The translations under genes and the position numbers were made by a program. Under the pieces are notes generated by a model. That model searched no databases and had not been told where the DNA came from. It was given only the letters and a program-made list of their open reading frames with translations. Shown here piece by piece: positions 56,220-64,000 of a stretch of DNA of 64,000 nt (position 1 is its first letter; each line of letters opens with the position of its first letter). Source of the DNA: Christensenellales bacterium (GTDB taxonomy: Bacteria; Bacillota; Clostridia; Christensenellales; UBA3700); contig JBJETQ010000022.1 in NCBI GenBank assembly GCA_051883395.1, positions 2,305 to 66,304 on the forward strand. The letters are read 5' to 3'.

Positions 56220-57968
56220 ATGAAAACCGCTTATGATATAGGGGTTATTCCTCACAGCGAGCATCCGTTTCCGCAATGCAAGCGCAAAGCAATGCAATGT
56301 CTCAACGGACAATGGGACTTGCAGAGAATGAGAAGCAACGCCAGTGTGGATAATTATAAAATAATCGTTCCGTTCTCTCCCGAATCAGTCAACAGCGGGA
56401 TAGGCGGAGATTTTGTGCTTGCTCCCGATGAAACCTTGATTTATAGCAGAGATTTTGTTGTCGAAAAGGATATGTTGGCAGGCAGGACGGTATTGCATTT
56501 TGGCGCTGTTGACAGCGAGTGCAGAGTTGTTGTCAACGGAGTGGACGTCGGGGGACACGTCGGCGGATACACGCCTTTTTGTCTTGACTGCACATCGGCT
56601 ATCAGGGAAGGAATAAACAATATTGTGGTTCAGGTGTCCGACAGCGCAATAGTCGACGGTGGGGCAAAAGGTAAACAAAATTATAAAAGCGGCGGCATAT
56701 GGTACACTCCGCAGAGCGGAATATGGCAGTCGGTATGGCTGGAAGCGATGCCTTGCACTTATATAAGAGATTTAAAAATCAAAACCGACGCTCTGTCAAA
56801 AGTCGTCGATATTCAGGCATATTCGGACGGAGAAGAAATGACGCTGGAAGTGTCTGACAATGGTAAAATAATTGCAAAAACGAGCTTTGTGGACAAAGTC
56901 AGATTGCAATATGATTTTGAATTGTGGTCGCCGGAAAATCCCAAGCTTTACGATATTGTTATCACCAACGAGAGCGGCGACAGAATAGAGTCTTATTTCG
57001 GGGTGCGCAGTTGGGGTATTGCAAAGGACAATAACGGGATAAAAAGACTTACTCTCAACGGGCAACCATACTTTTTCAACGGCTTGCTTGACCAGGGCTA
57101 CTGGTGCGACGGCATGCTCACGCCGCCAAGCGACAAGGCTATGACAGACGAATTGGAGCTGGTCAAAGCTATGGGGTTCAACACCTTGCGCAAACATATC
57201 AAAATCGAGCCGATGAGATGGTATTATCATTGCGACAGACTGGGGATAGCCGTGTGGCAGGACTTTGTCAACGGCGGTGGCGATTATAAGTTTACGCACG
57301 TGGGATTGCTTCCTTTTTTGGGTATCAATCACAGCGACGAAGATTATAAATATTTTGGCAGACAAAACGCAGACAAAAGACAGGAATTTATCGACAATGC
57401 CAAGGAGACTGTCAACAGTCTTTACAACGCTACGTGTATTGCCGTATGGACGCCCTTCAACGAAGGCTGGGGACAGTTCGATTCCGCAAAGATAAGTCGC
57501 TGGTTGGAGAGTATAGACGACGGCAGAATAGTCGACAGCGTGAGCGGCTGGTACGATCAGGGCGTAGGAAAGACCAATCTTAGAAGTATGCACACCTATT
57601 TTACGCCGCTCAAAGTGCCAAAGGACGAAAGACCTGTTGTGCTGAGTGAATTCGGCGGTTATTCGCTAAAAGTCGACGGGCACGTTTTTAATGCCGACAG
57701 ACAATTTGGTTACAGGCGCTATTCCAGCCGACAAAAATTGTCCGATGCAATAGAAAAATTATATCTTGACAAGGTTCTGCCTTTGATTAAAAAGGGACTT
57801 TGCGCTTGTATCTATACGCAGGTGAGCGACGTGGAAGAAGAAATAAACGGTCTTGTTACTTATGACAGACGAGTAGTCAAAATAGCAGTTGACAAAATGA
57901 GACAAATAAACGACAAAATAAGAGAAGAAGCTCGCAAAGTTGCTAAAAAAACCGATACGTGTCAATAA
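56220..57968 (+). CDS. glycoside hydrolase family 2 protein
   Basis: Sugar-binding, Ig-like and TIM-barrel layout. Motifs: FNTLRKHIKIEP, LGIAVWQDF, WTPFNEGWG and SEFGG. Confidence 0.75.
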   Translation: MKTAYDIGVIPHSEHPFPQCKRKAMQCLNGQWDLQRMRSNASVDNYKIIVPFSPESVNSGIGGDFVLAPDETLIYSRDFVVEKDMLAGRTVLHFGAVDSECRVVVNGVDVGGHVGGYTPFCLDCTSAIREGINNIVVQVSDSAIVDGGAKGKQNYKSGGIWYTPQSGIWQSVWLEAMPCTYIRDLKIKTDALSKVVDIQAYSDGEEMTLEVSDNGKIIAKTSFVDKVRLQYDFELWSPENPKLYDIVITNESGDRIESYFGVRSWGIAKDNNGIKRLTLNGQPYFFNGLLDQGYWCDGMLTPPSDKAMTDELELVKAMGFNTLRKHIKIEPMRWYYHCDRLGIAVWQDFVNGGGDYKFTHVGLLPFLGINHSDEDYKYFGRQNADKRQEFIDNAKETVNSLYNATCIAVWTPFNEGWGQFDSAKISRWLESIDDGRIVDSVSGWYDQGVGKTNLRSMHTYFTPLKVPKDERPVVLSEFGGYSLKVDGHVFNADRQFGYRRYSSRQKLSDAIEKLYLDKVLPLIKKGLCACIYTQVSDVEEEINGLVTYDRRVVKIAVDKMRQINDKIREEARKVAKKTDTCQ

Positions 57969-58084
57969 AAAGCCTTGTCGGGTGCAACAGAAAAAACAAT
58001 TTAATCTGACAAAAAGCAGACAAAAGCGTATAAAACGAATATCAATCGATATCTTATATTGACAGAAGTCAAAGGAGATAATAT

Positions 58085-58705
58085 ATGAACATAATTACGA
58101 TAGGCAGGGAATTCGGCTCAGGCGGCAGAGAACTGGGAGAAAAACTGGCGGAGCTGCTAAGCTACGACTATTATGACAGCCGTATAATTACGGCGATAGC
58201 GGACAACAAGGGGTTGAGCGCAGATTACGTAGAAAAGACTTTGGATAATTATTCGTCAGGCAACGTAACTTTTGCCTTTGCCAGCACTTTCAGTATGTCG
58301 GGTGCGGGAGATTTCAACAATATCGATTTGTTGGTGGAACAGGCCAAGGTGGTCAAAGCTCTGGCAGAAAAGGGCAGAGACATGGTGATTGTAGGCAGAA
58401 ACGCCGACGTATATCTTGCAGAGTATCAACCTATCAATATCTTTGTATGCGCCGATATGTCCGCTAAGTTGGAGCGGTGCCGACAGAGAGCCAAGCAAGG
58501 AGAAAATCTGAGCGACAGACAGTTGGCAAGAAAAATCAAGTCAATCGACAAAAACAGAAAAAGAATGAGAGAATTTGTGGGTGGTAACGGCTGGGGCGAC
58601 CCGCACAATTACAATCTTACGGTCAACACCACGTGCAGAAATCCAAAGGAGTTGGCAAAGACCGTGGCAATCTACGTCAGAAACGAGATTGATACAAAGA
58701 GATGA
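58085..58705 (+). CDS. cytidylate kinase-like family protein
   Basis: MNIITIGREFGSGGRELGEKLAELL.YDYYD is the characteristic N-terminus of this family. Confidence 0.8.
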   Translation: MNIITIGREFGSGGRELGEKLAELLSYDYYDSRIITAIADNKGLSADYVEKTLDNYSSGNVTFAFASTFSMSGAGDFNNIDLLVEQAKVVKALAEKGRDMVIVGRNADVYLAEYQPINIFVCADMSAKLERCRQRAKQGENLSDRQLARKIKSIDKNRKRMREFVGGNGWGDPHNYNLTVNTTCRNPKELAKTVAIYVRNEIDTKR

Positions 58706-58794
58706 TGCCACTCTGACCAAATTGATAGTATAGCGTTTTACTTTGTTATAAAAACGATATATAATTATGTATATACAATCGTTGAGGTGTATTT

Positions 58795-60000
58795 ATGATA
58801 AAACAAGCGATAAGCAAAGACGTTTTTTACGTAGGAGCAAGCGACAGAAGAATAAAGTTGTTCGAAAATATATATCCGATTGACAGGGGTGTAAGCTACA
58901 ACAGTTATCTTGTAGCAGGTCAGAAGACGGCGCTGATAGACAGCGTTGACGACGCCGTGGGCAAAACTTTTATCCGCAAGGTCAAGGACGCCCTTGGCGA
59001 CAGAAAACTGGATTATTTTATCGTCAACCATATGGAACCCGACCATTGCGCTTGTATACAGGACGTCATGTCAACTTTTGACGACGCAAAACTAGTAACC
59101 AACAACAAGGCGGCCATGATGATAGAAGAATATTTTGGCAACGATTGGGCGGACAGACGCATCATTGTCAAGGAAAACGATATTCTCGATCTCGGTAATC
59201 ATCAGCTCAAATTTGTTTTTGCGCCCATGGTTCATTGGCCGGAAGTTATGATGACGTACGATATTACGACGGCGACGCTGTTTTCCGCAGACGCATTCGG
59301 AAGCTTCGGCGCTCTCAGCGGCAACGTTTTTGCCGATATGACGTATAAGGGCGACGAGTGGCAGGACGAGATGCGAAGATATTATACCAATATCGTAGGC
59401 AAGTACGGAGTGCAGGTCAAAAATGCGCTTGCAAAACTGTCGGGCGTGGAAATCAGGATGATTGCACCGCTCCACGGTCCCGTATGGAGAAAGGATATAG
59501 ACAAATTAATCGACAAATACAGCAAGTGGAGTAGTTATCAATGGGAAGATAAAGAAGTCGTGATAATATACGGCTCTATATACGGACACACAGCGGCAGC
59601 TGCCGATATGCTTGCCGCCGAGCTGGACAATCTCGGCGTGGGTAAGGTCAGAATTTACGACGCTTCCAACGTGGACGTATCCTATCTTGTTGCCGAGAGT
59701 TTCAGATGTTCGCATATCGTAATAGCTTCGGCAACGTATAATGCGGCAATATTTACACCTATCGAGAGATATTTGTCCGAGATTGTTTCACACAACCTTC
59801 AAAACAGGACGATAGGCATTATCGAAAACGGCACTTGGTCGGCAATAAGCGGTTCTTTGATAGTCAAAGAAACGGAAAATATGAAAAATATCACTTTGTT
59901 GGGCAACAAGGTTTCTGTCAAAGCTGCGGTAAAAGAAGACAACGTAGAAGCCGTCAGAGCTATGGCGCAAGAAATATGCGAGAGCTTGAAACAAATATAA
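58795..60000 (+). CDS. FprA-family A-type flavoprotein (flavodiiron protein)
   Basis: Metallo-beta-lactamase-like domain with HMEPDH di-iron ligands, followed by a flavodoxin-like domain (VVIIYGSIYGHT). Confidence 0.85.
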   Translation: MIKQAISKDVFYVGASDRRIKLFENIYPIDRGVSYNSYLVAGQKTALIDSVDDAVGKTFIRKVKDALGDRKLDYFIVNHMEPDHCACIQDVMSTFDDAKLVTNNKAAMMIEEYFGNDWADRRIIVKENDILDLGNHQLKFVFAPMVHWPEVMMTYDITTATLFSADAFGSFGALSGNVFADMTYKGDEWQDEMRRYYTNIVGKYGVQVKNALAKLSGVEIRMIAPLHGPVWRKDIDKLIDKYSKWSSYQWEDKEVVIIYGSIYGHTAAAADMLAAELDNLGVGKVRIYDASNVDVSYLVAESFRCSHIVIASATYNAAIFTPIERYLSEIVSHNLQNRTIGIIENGTWSAISGSLIVKETENMKNITLLGNKVSVKAAVKEDNVEAVRAMAQEICESLKQI

Positions 60001-60668
60001 AAGAACAATTACAGAATAAGGCGGAACAGGAATACCGCCTTTTTTCGCTGAAACTCACGCCTACGAATTATGAGATTTTAGGCGTGAGAATGCCATACCA
60101 AAAACTAATTGCGAGAGAGATAACAAAATGCAAAAATTTTGAACAGTATCTCGCCCACGCTGCTCCGACGAGCTTTGAAGAACTCAACGTTTACGGATTT
60201 GCGATTGCATACGCCAAAGTATACGACTGCGACAAAAAGCTTCTTATGGGGAGATATTTTTCCTTGACAGATAATTGGGCAAGCGTAGACAGTATAGTGT
60301 GCGCATGCAAGTTTGTTGCTAAAAAACCCGATACATATTACGATTTTGTCAAAAAACTCGTGTCTGACGACAAGACCTTCGTCTGTCGTGCAGGCATTGT
60401 GCTTATGATGACTTATTATCTCACGGACGGCTACGTCGACGACGTACTTGCAACCATTCGGGATGTAAAATCTGACCAATATTATGTAGAGACGGCAAAG
60501 GCATGGCTTGTCGCCACCGCACTTGCAAAATACTGGGATAAAACAATCAACCTGCTTGAAGCACGGTTGTTGGATAAAGCGACACACAACAGAGCTATTG
60601 TCAAGGCTAGCGAGTCTTACCGAATTATACCCGAACAAAAAACGCATCTCAAAGGATTGAAAAGATGA
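59976..60668 (+). CDS. DNA alkylation repair protein (AlkD-like HEAT-repeat family)
   Basis: IKEQLQNKAEQEYRLFSLKLTPT.YEILGVRMP. The start is uncertain; ATG 59976 overlaps the fprA end by 25 nt. Confidence 0.65.
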   Translation: MRELETNIKEQLQNKAEQEYRLFSLKLTPTNYEILGVRMPYQKLIAREITKCKNFEQYLAHAAPTSFEELNVYGFAIAYAKVYDCDKKLLMGRYFSLTDNWASVDSIVCACKFVAKKPDTYYDFVKKLVSDDKTFVCRAGIVLMMTYYLTDGYVDDVLATIRDVKSDQYYVETAKAWLVATALAKYWDKTINLLEARLLDKATHNRAIVKASESYRIIPEQKTHLKGLKR

Positions 60669-61180
60669 AAACTTGTACAATCAGAAAAATTACGCATCCC
60701 TTTGCCCCGATAATCGATTGCAACAGCAAAGTGCTTGTTTTGGGTAGCGTTCCGTCAGTAAAGTCTGTGGAACAGGGGTTTTATTACATGAACAAGTACA
60801 ACAGATTCTGGAAAATCATGTCGGACATTTTGGGTGTGGATATGGAGAGTATGGACAGCGGTGCAAAAACCGCTACTTTGCTCGACGCAGGTATAGCGTT
60901 GTACGACAGCGTTTATAAATGTGAAATATCGGGCAGCAAGGATAGTACCGTCAAAGTCGTGGAAGCGACCAATCTCGATATTCTTACGCAAGGCAGCAAT
61001 ATACAGATAGTGCTGTGCAACGGCAGATTGAGTTATGATACTGCCGTCAGATACAACCCTAAGTGGAAAGACAAATTCGTACTAATGCCTTCCACCAGTC
61101 CTGCCAATGCTGCGATAAGCAGAGAAAAACTGAGAGAGATATGGGCAAAGGAATTGGAAAAATATATAATTTGCCAATAA
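60665..61180 (+). CDS. DNA-deoxyinosine glycosylase (UDG superfamily)
   Basis: HPFAPIIDCNSKVLVLGSVPSVKSVEQGFYYMNKYNRFWKIM ... MPSTSPANA. Confidence 0.8.
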   Translation: MKTCTIRKITHPFAPIIDCNSKVLVLGSVPSVKSVEQGFYYMNKYNRFWKIMSDILGVDMESMDSGAKTATLLDAGIALYDSVYKCEISGSKDSTVKVVEATNLDILTQGSNIQIVLCNGRLSYDTAVRYNPKWKDKFVLMPSTSPANAAISREKLREIWAKELEKYIICQ

Positions 61181-61337
61181 AAATATAAAGCTTTGCAGAC
61201 GGAATTTTTTATCGTCGGTTTCCGATAAATAAAATTTATATAAAATCTATATAAAATCTGTGATTTTGTACGCAAATTCAATAGCCAAAAATAGAAAAAA
61301 GTGCTATCATATACTCAAATATCAGAGGTGAAAAAAT

Positions 61338-62618
61338 ATGGAAGCATTTATCAATTTTATCAAAGAGAACCTGGTGATTTGCTGCATAGTAGTAGCAGTC
61401 GTCGTATTGCTTATCGTTGTGCTTGCCGCATTGAGTGCAAAAAAGAAAAATGCAAAGAAAGCAAACCTTGAAAAATCTCAACAAGAAGCACAGCCTGTCA
61501 GCGATGAACAGAGCCAACAAGCGGTGGAAACGGTCGAAGTTCAGACCGTAGAGCAACAGGAGAGTGCATCGGTTGACGAGAAACAGGCAGAGCCACAACA
61601 GGAAGTGCAGGAAGAAAAAGAAGCTCAATCGGACGAACAAGCAGTCGAAGCAGTCGTTGAAGCCGAGCCACAGGCAGAAGAAGTAGTAGAACAAACTGCC
61701 GACGAAGCGCAGGAAGAAAGCGTTGAGACTCAGGTAGTCGAAGAAAAACAGGAAGATAAGACGAGCGAGCAGAGCGTAGAACAGGCAGAAGAAAAACAAG
61801 AGCCTGTTGCAAAGCCAAAGAAAGCGCCTGCCAAAAAGGCGGACGTTGCAGCGTCAGCAGAAGAAAAACCTACCAAGAAAAAGGGTGCCGTGGGCAAATG
61901 GCAAGTTTATCAAAAGAGCGACGACGAGTTTGTTGCGCATCTGCTTGCCAACAACGGTACCGTATTGCTTACCAGCGAGACGTATTCTACCGCAAAGGGC
62001 GTAATGAGCGGTATCGAAACCATCAAGAAAAACGTTGATTTGGGCAAGTTTGAAGTGCATTGCGACAAAAAGGGCAATTATTATTACAAACTCAAAAGCT
62101 CAGCCAACAGATTGCTCTGCGTGGGCGAAGTATATAGTTCTAAGGTCAGCTGCGAGAGTTCGATAGAATCTGTCAAGAAATTCGCACAGAGCGCAATTCT
62201 GGTAGAAGACGTAATCGAAGACAAGACAGTTATCAAGTATGAGCCAACCGGCGAGATTGCTGTTGCCAAAAAAGGATATACCGGCAAATGGACTGTTGAA
62301 GAAGTAGACGAGATGTATCTTGCCAACCTTTGGGCTTCCAACGGCGAGTTGTTGCTTGTAACCGAATCTTACAGCACCGAAGCCGCTGCAAAATCGGCAA
62401 TGGAAAACATCAAGAAAAATGCTCTTGCCAACAACTTTATCATCGATAGGGATAAGACGGGCAGATATTATTACAAGCTGAGAAATACGCAAAAGTCAAT
62501 TCTTTGCGTAGGCGAAACCTATGACAGCGTCGATCGTTGCATAAGCGCAATAGAATCTGTCAAAAAGTTCTGCAACAGCGCAAAACTTGTTGAAAAGCAA
62601 GCGGAAGACAAAGAATAA
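61338..62618 (+). CDS. membrane-anchored protein with an E/Q-rich acidic spacer and four tandem YegP (DUF1508) domains
   Basis: N-terminal TM helix, about 130 aa of EQ-rich low complexity, then four units of the type GKW.V ... NG..LL.SE.YS....A..GIE..KKN and YYYKLK..N...L...E.Y.S...C..SIESVKKF. Confidence 0.7.
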   Translation: MEAFINFIKENLVICCIVVAVVVLLIVVLAALSAKKKNAKKANLEKSQQEAQPVSDEQSQQAVETVEVQTVEQQESASVDEKQAEPQQEVQEEKEAQSDEQAVEAVVEAEPQAEEVVEQTADEAQEESVETQVVEEKQEDKTSEQSVEQAEEKQEPVAKPKKAPAKKADVAASAEEKPTKKKGAVGKWQVYQKSDDEFVAHLLANNGTVLLTSETYSTAKGVMSGIETIKKNVDLGKFEVHCDKKGNYYYKLKSSANRLLCVGEVYSSKVSCESSIESVKKFAQSAILVEDVIEDKTVIKYEPTGEIAVAKKGYTGKWTVEEVDEMYLANLWASNGELLLVTESYSTEAAAKSAMENIKKNALANNFIIDRDKTGRYYYKLRNTQKSILCVGETYDSVDRCISAIESVKKFCNSAKLVEKQAEDKE

Positions 62619-62642
62619 AAGTCAAAATCGACAAAACTTACG

Positions 62643-62669
62643 GTAGCGGCAGATTGCCGCTACTTTTTT
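62643..62669 (+). terminator. rho-independent terminator
   Basis: GTAGCGGC-AGATT-GCCGCTAC followed by T6. Confidence 0.8.
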
Positions 62670-62760
62670 ACCCAAGATTATATTTCCAATATTTGTGTGT
62701 TGCATACTCTCAGACCATAAGTTAAAATCAACTTAACTGACGACACAATGAGGAGAAAGG

Positions 62761-63591
62761 ATGAGAAGATTAATTTTAGTAGGAGTTTTGTTGATTTACA
62801 TATTGGTTGCGACGATGGGTTGCGCCGCAGATACAAAAAACGAAATATCTGACGAGTTTATCCCGTCTGACGTCGAAGAAGCAACGGGCGAGCAGGAGCA
62901 AGTACCACAGCAGCCTTCCGAAGAAGAAACAGAAGAAGAACAGGAGACTGCTCCGCAGGTCAGATATGACGTGCTTGTTATGTCAACCGTCAACAATCTT
63001 AACGTAAGGTCGGGCAAAGGCAGCGCATATTCGGTATTGGGAAGCATCAACAGCAAGGATATGCTGGAATACGTTGCCACCGAAGGCAGCTGGTACAAGG
63101 TAAGATATAAGATGGGATATGGATACGTATCGTCTGCTTACAGTCAGCTCAAATATATGAAAATGAGCGACAATCAGCAGGTAGAAGACGTCTTGCACGT
63201 CGCAAAGGGGCTTATGGGGTTTCCTTACGTCTGGGGAGCGCAGAGATACCATTGGGGCAACGGAATTCTCAATTACAACTTTGTGCAAGGGCAGTTCGAT
63301 TGCTCGTCGTTGGTTCAATACGTATTTTACATAGGAGCCGGCGTGATACTGGACGTCAACACCCGTACCCAGGTCTATCAGGGACGTACCGTTTCCGAAT
63401 TGGAAAGGGGAGACGTTATGTTCTTTACCAATGCCGACAGAGTGGGGTTGAGCGGTCTGGAACGAGTGGGACACGTAGCGATATATCTGGGTGATAATTA
63501 TATTCTGCATACCGCCAGCGATTATGCCGTCATCGAGCCTATCAGTTCTTTGAGATGGTCATACTTTATTGTTGGCAAAAGAATGATATGA
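62761..63591 (+). CDS. secreted SH3-domain / NlpC-P60 (C40) cell-wall hydrolase
   Basis: Signal/lipobox LVATMGCA, an acidic linker, and an SH3b-like segment (LNVRSGKGSAYSVLG ... WYKVRY..GYGYVS). Catalytic FDCSSLVQYVF and GHVAIYLG. Confidence 0.85.
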   Translation: MRRLILVGVLLIYILVATMGCAADTKNEISDEFIPSDVEEATGEQEQVPQQPSEEETEEEQETAPQVRYDVLVMSTVNNLNVRSGKGSAYSVLGSINSKDMLEYVATEGSWYKVRYKMGYGYVSSAYSQLKYMKMSDNQQVEDVLHVAKGLMGFPYVWGAQRYHWGNGILNYNFVQGQFDCSSLVQYVFYIGAGVILDVNTRTQVYQGRTVSELERGDVMFFTNADRVGLSGLERVGHVAIYLGDNYILHTASDYAVIEPISSLRWSYFIVGKRMI

Positions 63592-63627
63592 CTTTACATT
63601 GATAAAAATTAAATATATAATTATTAT

Positions 63628-64000
63628 ATGAAATGTATTTGCGTCGGGGCGGGCGAAAGACCTACGGGGACTATTCCGAAAGATAAGGACGATTTTCTTA
63701 TTGCAGTAGACGGCGGCTATAATTATATAGCCCCCGACTGCATTGATATGGCGGTGGGAGATTTTGATTCTTTGGGTTATATGCCCGACGTAGATAACGT
63801 AATCAAACTGGAAGAAAGAAAAAATTATACGGATATGTGGGTTGCGTGTCAGAAGGGATACGAGCTAGGTTACAGGACGTTTGTTCTTTACGGTGCAACA
63901 GGCGGAAGATTCGACCACACCGTTGCCAACGTTCAACTGGCGACGCATCTTGCAAAAAAGCATTGTCAAGTGGTAATCGCAAGCGTGGACAACACCATAT
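63628..64000 (+). CDS. thiN: thiamine diphosphokinase, 3' end beyond the window
   Basis: MKCICVGAGE ... LIAVDGG ... AVGDFDS ... KNYTDM ... LYGATGGRFDHTVANV is typical of the TPK catalytic domain. The frame is open to the window end. Confidence 0.8.
   Translation, partial: MKCICVGAGERPTGTIPKDKDDFLIAVDGGYNYIAPDCIDMAVGDFDSLGYMPDVDNVIKLEERKNYTDMWVACQKGYELGYRTFVLYGATGGRFDHTVANVQLATHLAKKHCQVVIASVDNTI

Overview
This looks like a chromosomal segment from a spore-forming, Clostridia-like Firmicute. Supporting markers are dpaA/dpaB, a SigH-like sigma factor, a CotJC-like protein, mini-RNase III and secG-smpB-ssrA synteny. I support about 60 CDS and one tmRNA. By eye I saw no rRNA, tRNA, CRISPR array, transposase or integrase. 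Most of the window is housekeeping: rmuC, a PHP phosphoesterase, VanW, phosphoglucomutase, secG, smpB, metY-metA, ssrA, an SDR, a MarR regulator with a two-gene ABC exporter, a complete F1Fo ATP synthase operon (atpIBEFHAGDC), a class-III aminotransferase/FGGY kinase/aldolase cluster, mrnC, thyX, sigH, dpaAB, a GH2 enzyme, FprA, two DNA-repair genes, an NlpC/P60 hydrolase and thiamine diphosphokinase. The outstanding feature is a 15-gene, co-directional, tightly packed operon (18573-34820) that is visibly more A+T-rich than its flanks. It combines five kinds of component. (i) A transmembrane-less, three-domain FtsK/SpoIIIE (EssC-like) ATPase with five small helical proteins, three of them WXG100-like with a central W-x-D turn. 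(ii) Two Snf7/CHMP-like ESCRT-III paralogs followed by a Vps4-like MIT-AAA+ ATPase. (iii) A YdjI-like SPFH protein with a zinc ribbon. (iv) A zinc-ribbon/TPR/TIR-like protein ending in a WXG-like domain, and a BrxL-like AAA+ protein lacking the Lon protease domain. (v) Two surface proteins, one with BspA-type LRRs and one with Listeria-Bacteroides repeats plus a PPC domain. I do not recognise this combination as any described system. I propose it as a candidate new envelope-associated system for membrane remodelling, secretion or defence. Secondary observations: a predicted Na+-binding two-carboxylate c-ring motif; a truncated epsilon subunit; an atpI/atpB overlap carrying a 39-nt tandem repeat; duplicated terminator-plus-flank repeats bracketing a 3.9 kb module just downstream of ssrA; a repeated palindrome that is a candidate MarR operator; and a flavin reductase-rubredoxin-rubrerythrin fusion. 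All functional calls come from reading the translations and recalling family motifs. No database search was run.
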